Origin: Amoebophrya sp. A120 | Lineage: Eukaryota; Protista; Dinoflagellata | Length of the DNA stretch: 64,000 nucleotides | Direction: 5' to 3' | Assembly: GCA_905178155.1 (NCBI GenBank) | Contig: CAJINV010000006.1 | Coordinates: 3,844,130 to 3,908,129, forward strand | Part shown: in pieces, positions 1 to 11,241 of the stretch | How positions within the stretch are numbered: the stretch's first letter is position 1 | Layout: every line of letters starts with the position of its first letter | The notes under the pieces: model-generated | Told to the model about the DNA's origin: nothing | Database searches by the model: none | The model's input: the letters and a program-made list of their open reading frames with translations, nothing else | Translations under genes and position numbers: made by a program

Positions 1-3000
1 TTTGTAAAGCACGAACGGCAATACAAGCATCAACAAGAGTGCCGGTTTTGCATGACAAATTTGCATCACATGAGTGTCTCCTTAGGCTACCACAACTTGC
101 CATGTAAGCGCTACCAAGAAACAAAGGGTGGATTGGGTATTTTGCATGACAAATGAGGGAATGGAGGGGAGTTATGCATTGTCATAGATGCTTCCGCAGA
201 GTCACTCTCCCGCAACACCAACTCGTCCTTTATCAGCTCCTTTTTCCCCTCATTTTCCTCGTCCTCGTTATCGATCGCACTCATGCCCCGGCTGCTCGCG
301 ACGAAATAGGTCACCCTCCTTTGCAGCCTTTCCCGCATATCACACAGAAAAAAAAGCTGCTAACACGTCATGGTCAACTACATGTGATGCAAAAATGAAT
401 ACCAATACGTATCTATAATAGTATTGCCACGTATCCTTCATCTACACAGCACGCGTATAGGCTCGGCTATGGCGGATCATTTTTGATTTTTGCATCACAG
501 ATTTTTGATATGGTGTGCTTCGCTTTTTTCATCTGTGGGATACCGCATGGAACGGCAGGTGACGCCCGGTTTTTTCTTCATGAAGTATCGTTCCTTAAAT
601 TCCAGCGCGTTCTCCGTTTGAAACCCGGTCTATGCATCACAAAAGCATCGTGGCTGAAGTAGTGTGCAAAATTTCGCATCACATCGGAGGTCTAAGGGCA
701 GTCCGTCCCTGTGCCTTTTCTAGGCCTACTAAAACCAATAAATCGCGACTACGTAGTGTAAACTTCTACTGAAAAGCTAAATTGGAAAACTTAGTAAGGC
801 TACTTCTACGTAAGCGCTTGTAAATAAGTACGCGATCAAAAAAGGTTTTGGCATCGCATAATTGTTGCCACCACAACAAGTGCGAATACCGCATCACATC
901 GGAGGTCTACGGGCAGTTCGTCCCTTTGCCATTCAGAGGCCTACTAAAGCCAGTATATGCTAAGCTACCTCGTAACGTAAACTTCTACGGGAAAACTAAA
1001 TCGGAAAAAACTTAGCATTGCTACTTAAGCGCTTGTTTTGTTGAAAAGGGAATAGTCATGCGAGGTATATCCGTTTTTTAGTGATGGGATTTATATTAAA
1101 TCCTTGTCGTGCTGCTATAGCAGGAACTACTTGCACGATACTTTTGCAGCGGATACGTTTGGATCTTTGTCAATCTCTTCACTGTATTTCGACGTCGATC
1201 CTATCAAATGCAAAAGTGTCTGCGTCTGGAAGGTTGGAACTTGTGATGCCAACTTTGGACTCTAAAAAAATCTGTATTGCATGACCCGCAAGAGGAGTCT
1301 AGTTCTTTGTGCTACGCGGGGAGGGCGTCTGTCATGCGGAGTAGGCATGATCAGTAAGCCCTCTAGAAAATCTGTGCCGCTAGGTCGTGCATTACAGACA
1401 TCCTGGGTCATGCAAAACATGCATGACAACTCTCAGAATCTTCCAGACCCAGACATTTTTGCATTTGATAGATCCGGGCAACAGCCCAAACGTCCGGTGC
1501 ATTGCGACTACAATGAGTTCCATCTCCGGCTTCGTAAACACGAGCTGGCAGGGAATTTGCCCCACGTCGTCGTCCTGTAGATCCACTTGATCCTTCAACA
1601 CGTCAAAAAAGTTGACGTCAAAAGTCGGCCGCCAGAAGTGCGTGTAATCGTGGATGAACCTGGTTTTCGTTTTTTATGTTTGTTATTCGTTAGGAAGTTG
1701 TCCTATGAATGCGCTTTCGCATCACAGAATGATATCCGGATTCATCACCAGCCTGTCATGCACAGCAGCGAGAAGAAGTGGAACATTTGCTTCGTACTGT
1801 TTCATCCATGATCATAGAAGGAAGTACTTAGTAGTACCCCATGCTGCTCTTAAAAGCCAGCTTCTGCTTTGCATTCCGCTGCATTCGGACATAGAGTCTC
1901 TCCACTAACTCTGCCGTCAAAAACGCGTCCCGCACTTCAGCCGGCATCTTGTACTCTGCGACGAAGTGCTCGCGCTCGTTGAGGCGCCGCCCGGATACTG
2001 TTGTTTGATGGAATACGAATATCTTTTATTTTTTCAGAAGCATCAAAACCCTCCGTCTTTTCATACTTGCGTATCCACAAACCTTTCCGCATGACAAATG
2101 CACACGGTCTCTGACGGCAAAAGAGGATTGGAACATTGAAATGAATATATCGACATCATCAAAATACACATCCCGGGCTCCGTTTTCCCTAGTAAGTCCT
2201 TTCCCGCTTCGGCAAATCGGACCGGTCGTTCGACTTGGACGTACGTCTGTAGTTCCTTCAGCATTAACCCTTCTGTTTGTTCGAAAAAGTGCGACGCCTG
2301 CTTCTATGCAATACAAATTTCCCCATGGCATGTACAAAATACATCACAAATTTCGCCAACAACTTAGGGCACACAGTTTGCCATGCTGAACAGGATTGAA
2401 AGGAACAAGCTTTGTCATGCAGCAACGGCATTTGTACTTGTACGGTTGGAAATTAACTGTGGATAGCTTCAGAAAGGGTTGCATCAGGCTCAAGTGCGTG
2501 CGAAACTTCGTCTGGATGCACTTCACGTGCTCGAAAAACCGCTTCAGGCCCTCTATTATCGGCACGGTATCCTGAGTAAAAACGTACCCACACCAGAGTT
2601 GTAATGCAAATCTGCATGCTGAAAATGTTTCTCATGCGGAGCCCCATGAGTAGCATTTTCTAGTCGTGTTTTGCAATTTGTCATGCTCTAATCAGCATGG
2701 TATGCTAGATCTGTGATGCTGCTGAGGTAGCTCAAACAGCACTACACTACGAATCCAAATTTGTCATGCAAAACAGCCAAAACTTGTGGATTTGTCTAGC
2801 CGATTCCCCATCTTGACTCTGGTGTGGGTACGTTTTTACTCAGGATACACGGACGGGGTTGTTCTCGCGAGGAAGTTTACCAGCCTTTGCGCGTGGAACT
2901 TCTTGATCCTTGGTTTTATCAGCAACCGGTATCATATATGCATTGCAAATACGTCTGGGAGGTGGTGTGGAAACTTGTGATGCGAAACTTCAAGGAAAAT

Positions 3001-6000
3001 CATATCTGTGATGCACGACGTCCGAATAGGATTGACCAACTTTTTTGTCATGCTGGATTATAGCAGTTTCTCATGCTTAAATCGAACGAATATGCAAGAA
3101 GCTGAGGAAAACTTGTCATGCTGTTAAGCCGAGCAAGCGGGTAGTGTGCGACGCAAGTAGCAGCAACACAAGTTTCGAGATGTACGTAAGGGAAAATGTT
3201 CCACCGGCCCCAGTTTTCCACAAATTGAAAAAAAAAAAAATCGCTCCGTCTCCTCCGGTAGTGGCTGACGTTGTGCGTCACCTTGGTCCACTTTCCCAAG
3301 TTCCTCGTGGCCGCGCATCCGGGTTCAATGATATGCAATGCAAAATCTGAACTAGCTAGCGGCGCACAATAGTAACTAGATTAAGACTAACACTTTGAAG
3401 ATGCGTGTAGCTTTGTCCTATTTTCTAAGACAATTTTCTGTAGCCCGGCAGGATGAACCGTCATGGAGGTCAGCAAGGCGGACGCTCCGAGCAGCGGCCA
3501 GCGGTGTAGACGTTGTAGTGCGGATACCTCGTCCCGAAGCGCAGCAGTTATTGTTCGCCGAGGTTCATCTGGACGGGCCTCTGTGGGACCTTGTGCGGCA
3601 AGATCTCCGCATCCGGATCTGGTGGCGGTCGGGAGGCAGCTAGCGAGCAAGAACAAACGAAGAAACAGCGACGACTGGCGCAATGGCCTTCCTTCTCCGA
3701 CCAATGCGCGGCCACTTCATTGCATGTCAGCAGCAGCTGCCTACGCCCCAAAGCCCAAAAATCAGCAGAATGGAGCGGCAGGAAGATCGTAGTGGGCACG
3801 ATAGCAAACCAGGGCCCTGCAATATCGATCACGATCGCGCAGCCTTCAGGAAATAGAATCGCCGCGCTTGAAGTCACAGGGCGGAAGGTCTCCGGCGCTA
3901 GTAGCTACAAAAACCCGGAACGCGGTCCGCCAAAGTGAGGCCCTTTTGGCCGGGGCCGATACAAGGCCCAACACCAATCACAGCACGAGCCGCAACACCA
4001 ACAGGCCAGAGGCGTCAAATGTTGCGCATTTACAAGAAGCACCTTCAGGCCGTGCCAAGTGCCCCTCTTGGAATCACCAAAGAAGCCACCGGCCTGCTAG
4101 AAGATAGTCACCCAAAAAGCACTGCTTTGCACTTGTCTAGGTTCGTAGCAGCATGAAACTTCTTGCGCGCCATATGAAACGGGGGCGCGGCCGCGACAAA
4201 TTGAGGCGGAGAAACGGAAGCAGTTCATGCACATGCTGGGCCCGGGGATCAGCGTTCTGGCGTCCCTGAAACAGGTCGGGAGCCCCTTCTCTTTTGCCCC
4301 GGCCGGCTCGTCGTTCGAGTTGGCGACGACCTTCCGAAGACCGCCGATCGTGCTGGAGCTGGCTGGTGGGGTGAAATTGGGCTCAGCGGCCCATCGGGAT
4401 CGTCATCCTGAGCAAGCCCGGCCGCATCCTGTTGCGCAGCCTGCCCTCCTGGTTGCGCCGCCTGCTGCCGCTGCGTGTCGTTCTCGTCGACGCCGATTGC
4501 GTCCCCGATGCGGGCCGAACCCACAATGGCCTTCGCTATGATTGCCAAACACAGCGCCCGGCTTTTTTTCTGCCACCTTATTGCGCGGCAGCCACCCCAC
4601 CGCCCTGCCTCCGCGCCGCCGCACAAGATGGGGGCGGCTGTGTGCGGGCTCATGAAAATAAAGAGGAGTATGACTGCGGCGCGAAAATGCCACAGGGCGA
4701 CGGGCGCAGGGGGCGCAGACTCCGGCCGGCCCGGGCCGCGCGGGGGGCGCAACAATTTGCCGCGCCAGGGTAGCCAGAAGCCGGCGCGCGGCATTTCGGC
4801 GCCGGAGGGGCCGGCGCCGAAGGAGCCGAAAGCGAAAAACCGAGACGAGCCGAAGGGCCCCCGCCTCGCCAGTCTCCCCCGGGGGTCTCGCGATTTTTTT
4901 CGTTTCTTGTGGACGTTTTTGAATAAGGACCTGAGTCGGTCGATTTTGTGGCCATTTTGGGCGCCCCGAACCGGGTCGAATTTGCCCAATTTCCTCGTGA
5001 GTGTCCAGGGGAGGTCTCCGGGGTCGCCGGTAACCAACGTTGCCAAGAACTGGAGGCCCCACCGAGTCGCCTTCTGCGCGCCTTTCGCGCGACTTTGATG
5101 CCCACGCGGTCAGGCAAAGGCCACTGGCGTCTCGGGCAAGGCGCCCAAAAAATGGCGCCCGGGGTGGTGGGCCGGCGAAATCAGGTGGCGCGGGGCTGCC
5201 TGGGGGTTTTGTGTTCTCTAGGGTGCCTAGGTCCAGCGTGGCAGTTTTGGAAAAGTGGGACGCGTGCCTGTCTTGAGTGCGTCCTTTAAGTCTTGCCACC
5301 CTCCCTCCCGCGTTATGTCCTGGCGCCTGTTTGGGAGAATTCCCACCCTTTATGCTGCGCAAAAGTGTCTGCCACGGGGGAGCTCCTTCTAGGCATGTCA
5401 TGCACAGTCTGCATTGCGGAAAAATCTGCCATGCATGTCTTTCGGAGAGGCATAGCCCCCGGAGAGCACAAAGTCGGCCCATCTGGGGCGGTAGCGCGCT
5501 ACCGGGGTGGCAAAGGGATTCTCGTCGGGCGGGGGGCCCTCGAGGGTGGGGTCATTCGGCGTCCGGTGTGGCCAATTTTCTAGCAGCAGACACTGTTGCC
5601 GTCCTTGTCTCGAGTCGCTTTCCGACTCTTTTGCGCGCGTTTTTCCAGTATTGGTAGGTCACCCCATTGCTGAAGCCCTTTTCGTATTTTTCTCGCGGCG
5701 GCGTGTAGCGTCGTATGTTGTGCAAAGGTGCTGCGCAGGTAAGGTGGCCTGGTTAACGCTCTGCGGCTCAGGAGCCAGCTCTGTGCCACTGCGTGCGTTC
5801 TCCTATGGCTGGCCCACCATGCGGAGTCAGTTCCTATACCTGTGCAGCATCTTTGCAAAGCATAGCGCGACACTTTCGAGCTCTTGCTGCAGTGGTTGTT
5901 GCTGCGGTGCATCCGCCCGAGCTGCGGAAACGCCCGCGCGGTTCCGGTCACCTCCAGAGTGTGTTTCCATTCGGAACTGTTCTGGTCCGTCAGACCGACA

Positions 6001-9000
6001 CAAATTCAGTGGCCACTCTTTGGGTCACAGAGTGGCGCACCCGGGGGGGCCTCGCAAGAGATCTTGTCCTGCAGTCCGGGGACATAGGTCCCAAATATGC
6101 CCAAGCAGGACAGGGGCTTTTTCTTTGTTGGTTCTAGGTGCGTCCTGTTGCCTGTTGCCACCGTGAGGAGCATGCTACGAATCGAGCAACACAGGCACTA
6201 GTGGTTTGGGCTTTTCAAGTTCATCGCCGTCATTGGGTGCAGGGAGATCTACAATTATGGCGACAGTGCTGAGGTACTCATCTACCCACAACCAACGGCG
6301 AGCCATTGGCAGCAGATCTGCGAGCATGTTTGCTGTGTCGAGACGCGGCATCGAAACGGCCTCGCGACGACGTACTGCAGCAGACGAAACCGGCAGCCTC
6401 CATCCCGCCGGAAAATCTGGAAGCCGAAACCGGAGAGGTGGAGTGGATCCGGAGCCGGAGGTGCTGCGGTGTCGTAGCTCTAAAGCCTTAAAGTTAGCGT
6501 ATCTATTGTGCGCCACTAGCTAGTTCAGATTTTGTCTTCCATAAAACAACTCCGAGGCCGCGGAATGGGAGTCGACCTGGGTTGCCGGAATCGAATGCCG
6601 CCCAGCGAGTCCCCTGCTATGCGATACATATGTTGAAAAAAATTTTGCATTTTGTGGAAAACTGGGGCCGGTGGAAAATTTTCCCTTACGTAAGATGCTG
6701 ACCCAGACATATTTACATTTTCTACCGCACCCGCGCGATCTTAAAGAGAAACCGGAACACCTTTGTACCGCGCACTGCACGCTTCAACTTGTGGATAAAC
6801 CGAAATACCCGAACCATGGCGCACCACCGGCCCTCGTTGTACCGCTTCCGCGCGTCGGGGGAATTGTTCAGCAGCAGACGGTGCATGATAGCTGGAGTGG
6901 GAAAATGAAATTTGTGAAATTTCTACTTTCGTTTTGCTATTGCTTTTGGAACAAAAAAAAAACAAAGACAACTTTACAAGTACATGCGAAGCTCTGCTGC
7001 AACATGAAGGCGGCCCATCTTCGTATTCTCCATTCCTCGTCTAGAACTTCCTCATCCCCGGCGGCGGGCTTTTTTCCAAACTGCGCAAACCCGGGGATCA
7101 TGGTCATCATCAGATTCGTCCTATGCATTGCAAACATCGTCGATCTGGGTCTCGATTTGTGATGCGAAGTTTGAAGGACAACCATATTGTTCATATCTGT
7201 GATGCATGCTGTGGAGGAACTATGGCGATAATATTCTTTCCGATGCATGATCAAGAACTGGGAGCTAGTTTGTGAAAAATGCTCTTTGCACAGTTTTCCG
7301 GAGAACGACCCTGACATCATGTTTGCACCAACCATACTTCCCACTGGGTCCAGAACCCCCCGCGCCGGTGTTCAGCAGCAGCCCCTTCCTGGCGTATTTT
7401 CCCTCTTCCTGCAGGTAGGCCATCTTGTTCAAGTAAGAAACCCCGCTGTTTATCACACCCTCCATCTTCTCCCGTTTAGCTGAATTCAAATTCCGGGTTA
7501 CCTGATAGTTATTTTCATGTTTGATGAGATGATGTTGATCTCCAAACTTTATTTCACGTATAGCATACGTTAAATGCGATCACTTGCGATGCAGAGATGA
7601 CCCGCATACTGTAGTACTGGGCTTTTGTCATGCAGAAAAACGGATGCACGGCAAGAGTACGGAAAAAAAGCTCGAATTATATTTATACCCGTAACTCCTT
7701 GTGGAACCGTTCCTGTTTTATCTTCGCGTAGATCTTTTCCCTTTCGCTCAGCTTGAACTGGTTTATGCACTGCAAAAGCACTCCTCTTTGCACCAAAAAC
7801 TACGACCTGTGCAGCACTCATAGTGTGCAATTTGTAATGCTAGTAACTCCGGTAATATCAGCATAAGTTTAAGTACTACAAGGCAAAATTCATCTGTCAT
7901 GCAGTATCTTTGCAAAAAGTTGCGCCATGTCTTTCGTTTTTGTGGGAGTTTTTTTGCAGAGGATATGGTTCGTTTTGTTTTTATTTCGCGAAACGTAGTC
8001 CGTTAGCTGCCCGTCGCTCGGGGCGGTTTGTGGTCACTTATGCATTTTTGCAAACGTGTCTGGGAGGTCTGGAAGGATGCGAACCTGTGATGCGCATTTC
8101 ACAGCACGCACAAACCTCTCATGCATAGGCAGCAAAAGTTGCTCACTTCCTGGCACCGAAGTGGACGTCGATTTGTCATGCGGATTAGGCGTTGCGAAAC
8201 CTTCTCAAGACCTGTGATGCTAGGGCCGGCTTCCATGCCAGACCTTCCGTGTCATGCAAAAACAGCATGGCAGAAATCTGCATTCTTCCAGACCCAAGCA
8301 TTTTTGCATTTGATATCGCTGCTTCAAGTCAAATTCCATCTTGACCCTCTCGAGAAGGCATCAAATGCAAATAGGTCTGGGTCTGGAAATTTGTGATGCT
8401 AGAATGTGCATGACAGAAACGCTCCCTCATGGAGGACAGCGTGACAAGTTTGCAGAGCGCTTCCTCATACGCACTCCGCATGAGAAACTGCGTTGTTGTA
8501 TGACAAGAGAGGCTGCGACTTTTGTTGGTCATGCAATACAGATCTTCTCACAGGAATGCAAGACCAGCATTACAAGTTCCAACTTTCCAGACCCAGACAT
8601 ATTTGCAATGCATAGAAAGGACGGGTTACCCAATCCGAGACAGGATTTCTGGATTTTCTCCACGTCCACCGTTTCAGTTACGTCGTTGCTCGAGGCTGCC
8701 CCCTTGTTGCTGGTTTTGTTTCCGTGCTGGTCGAGGATTTTTATGGGTAGCAACTGCCCAGAGGGTATCCTGTGAAAAAACGTCCCCACCCCAGAGTTGT
8801 CATGCAAACCTGCGTGCCTATAATGTTTCTCATGCGCAGACCCATGAGAAGCATTCCCTAGTCGTGTTTTGGAATTTGTGATGCGCGAATAAGCGTGATA
8901 TGCTAGATCTGTGATGCTTCTGAATCTGAGCCAGCCAAACCGGCATGCACTACAACATGGCCAAACTTGTCATGCGCAACAACCAAAAGTGGCTGATTTG

Positions 9001-9465
9001 TCTAGCATATTTCCCATCTTGACTATGGGGTGGGAACGTTTTTTCTCAGGATAGAGGGGGAAAAGGCTAGAGACTTCGGGCTCGCATCCGCACCCGCCGC
9101 GTTCGCTAGTTTAGCCGCCTTCTGCCGCTGCAGTTTCAGCCGGACCTCCGCGCGGATTTTCGCGTTTCTTATCGTGTGCAGATTGTGGAAGCCAAAGGAT
9201 TCGCCCTCGATCTTTACTTCCGGCTCGGTTATGCAATGTAAATTTCCCGCATATGTACAAAATGAGCATGACAAATCTTGCTAACTTGCAGTGTCCAACT
9301 TGTCATGCTAGACTAGGACTGAAGGCAAGTTTTCTCATGCAGAGACTGCATTTGTACGTCGTGTACGGGAAATTTACTGTGGATATCGGCATCGTCGTCT
9401 TTACTCCCCCCGCCCGCGCCGCCCGGCGGGTTCGAACTGGAGGCGGCGCCACCCTGTTGCTCCAT
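1..9465 (-). CDS. Multi-exon hypothetical protein with IQ-like motifs (gene 1; 3' end runs off the left edge of the window)
   Basis: ATG at 9465 (MEQQGGAASS...). Removing introners 9230-9385 and 8766-9053 plus one direct repeat each joins the frame (...DDDA|EPEVKIEG...AFSPS|GQLLPIK...). Other joins: KIARVR|LLIKPRIKK (across 2930-6723), TTPSV|PIIEGLKRFFEHVKCIQTKFRTHL (across 2568-2847), GLLPGS|TSKYSEE (across 1202-1470). IQ-like segments are VKCIQTKFRTHL and AAFMLQQSF. Some introns (~1650-1925, ~6890-6990, ~7490-7690) are degenerate and unresolved. Confidence 0.7.
1202..1470. mobile_element. Introner family A (mostly ~250-290 bp; TIR TATSNNNTGYAAAWRTGTCTGGGTCTGGAA), representative copy, TSD GATCC
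   Basis: TIR and 5-bp direct repeats read directly. Other members: 2930-6723 (holds a nested element), 7122-7336, 8039-8315, 8359-8614, 11670-11921, 11960-12221, 18023-18300, 18662-18931, 19578-19862, 20072-20354, 25853-26104, 26792-27053, 31282-31548, 35502-35753, 35836-36098, 38329-38607, 38980-39239, 40041-40295, 40851-41116, 41324-41558, 43874-44136, 45705-45971, 48554-48814, 48889-49162, 50516-50778, 51414-51682, 52575-52835, 53277-53554, 53918-54203, 60004-60275. Confidence 0.95.
2305..2465. mobile_element. Introner family G (~155 bp; ends TATGCAAT..AAATTT / AAATTTACTGTGGATA), representative copy, TSD GCTTC
   Basis: Other members: 9230-9385, 36780-36929 (TGAGT), and a partial copy at ~13660-13764. 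Confidence 0.88.
3183..6692. mobile_element. 3.5-kb TIR DNA element nested in a family A introner
   Basis: 42-bp TIR TACGTAAGGGAAAATKTTCCACCGGCCCCAGTTTTCCACAAA at 3183-3224 and 6651-6692 (one mismatch). TSD AGATG at 3178-3182 and 6693-6697. The host introner's right arm resumes after it (...ACAAGTTTCGAGATG|CTGACCCAGACAT). No intact transposase ORF was recognised. Confidence 0.9.
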
Positions 9466-10215
9466 TTTATTTGTGATGTACTAGTTCTGCGTCTTATACC
9501 CTTTCTCGGTCGAGAAGAGCAGATACTAGTTGCGGCTGACAACCGTGGTGATGAAGTAAGGTTCTACCACGCTATCAAAATTCTTGTTCTACTTGAGGTT
9601 CTAGAGAACTAGTCCTAGTGTTTCATCTTGTTTGTTGCATAAGTTAGTCAACTCTAGTTCTTCATCAACCAAAAGCAAAACAAGACTACTTGCAGTTGCT
9701 AGATAGTACCAATTGCGATTTACCCACCTGCCTGCCACAAACAACATCGCTCACGAACAAATCAACTGTGGACGCGACGCGATCGGAAAGTAGAACCCTC
9801 TCCAAGTATAACTTCATCTGGTTACTGAGGCTGAACAAGAGCAAGACACAACGACGACGACCACGTGTAGACGTAGGACTACCAGTAGACCTCGACCTGT
9901 AACTGAAGACGCTCTAGTACTGTGGTTCTTGTGCCCTCGATCGATATCTAGACTGTCGCGCGTTCTCCAGCCTCCTCACAGTTTCATTAACATCGTGGAT
10001 TCCCACGACGTGGAGGGGGCGAGATTTTACATTACTAATTTCACCAGTAGTACGACTTCTAATTCGACCAAAATGACGCTATCGACCACTACGAGTACGA
10101 AGAGGAAATAAATATTGAGAAGAAATAACGCCACAACCGGTCATGATGCTGGATGCGTAAACGATAAAAACGATCATACGAAGTCGAAGCGATTACTTCC
10201 ACACAATCAAAAATG

Positions 10216-11081
10216 AACAGCCACCAGCAAACCATCGTCCGCACACGAAGGGTCAAAAATGGAGTAGGCGTGGGCCTGCGGGCCTAAATTCCGGTGGGTT
10301 GGTCGGTTGGTTGGTTGGTTTTGGACAGACGACATTTGACCGAATTTACGAAGTATGGAGAAAAATCCCTGCTCGCTCTTGGCGAAGAGCGGAAAACCAT
10401 GCACCTGTCGCGGAGACAATAATCTCCTCGAAAAGATTATTGTCTCCCCGACAGGTAGATGGTTTTTTGTGGAGATTATTGTCTCACTCGCCGATACGTA
10501 GAGGTCGGAAATTGAAAATCGGAGCCCTGCCCTCGGGGGTGGGGCGGCTCCACGGTTTTGAATTTAGAAGACAGCCGCAACGGCAAGGAGGGCGAAACAC
10601 GATAAGGGGGTGGTCGGGGCGCGCGGCGCACCTGCCTCCCTACCGGGGCTGCAGCCCGCCGCTGCGAGGCAGAGTGCGATGTGTCCACGCAACACAGACG
10701 CCAATCTGTGTTGCGCGGACGCCAATCTGTGTTGCGCGCACCACAAATCTGTGCTGCGCGCAGCTCGCCGCAGACACAAATCTCCGCTACGCGTAGCACA
10801 AATCTGTGTCGCGCACAAATCTGTGCTGCGTGTTGCGCACAAATCTGTGTTGCGTGGACGCAAATCTGTGTTGCGCGCAGCAAAAATCAGTGTTGCGCGC
10901 AGCTCGCCGCGAGCACCAATCTGTGTTGCGTGGACGCAATCGGAGCTCCGGGGGGCCTCGTGAGAATTTGCGCGAGATAGAAAGAGGTCGGGGCTCCAGT
11001 GCTGCATTTTTCTCCAGCCGCGACCTGCGTTTCCTCAACAGCCACCAGCAAACCATCGTCCGCACACGAAGGGTCAAAAAT
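10216..11081. mobile_element. 776-bp insert flanked by a perfect 45-bp direct repeat
   Basis: AACAGCCACCAGCAAACCATCGTCCGCACACGAAGGGTCAAAAAT occurs at 10216-10260 and 11037-11081. The interior holds a long hairpin and a minisatellite. Confidence 0.7.
10690..10940 (+). repeat. Imperfect minisatellite, ~20-bp unit with core CAAATCTGTGYTGCG
   Basis: About ten head-to-tail variants such as CACAAATCTGTGTTGCGTGGA and CGCCAATCTGTGTTGCGCGGA. Confidence 0.9.
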
Positions 11082-11241
11082 ACCAATATGCAGCTAAGCA
11101 AACCACTGTGGGTTTTTTCAACAACGGCGGCCACTCCAGCAAGAAGTGAGGGCGTAGACCACGTGGTCTCAAATCGATTGCAATTCTAGTTTACGGTTAG
11201 TATAAAGTGTGTGTGTTTGTTGTTCGTTTATTTTCTTTTCA

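Noticed and set aside
4249-5482. Long overlapping ORFs (265 and 359 aa) as a transposase
   Set aside because: They are Arg/Gly/Pro-rich ORFs open in several frames because of high GC, with no recognisable domain.
10690-10940. CRISPR-like array
   Set aside because: Units are head-to-tail without unique 25-45 bp spacers, there are no cas genes, and the context is eukaryotic.
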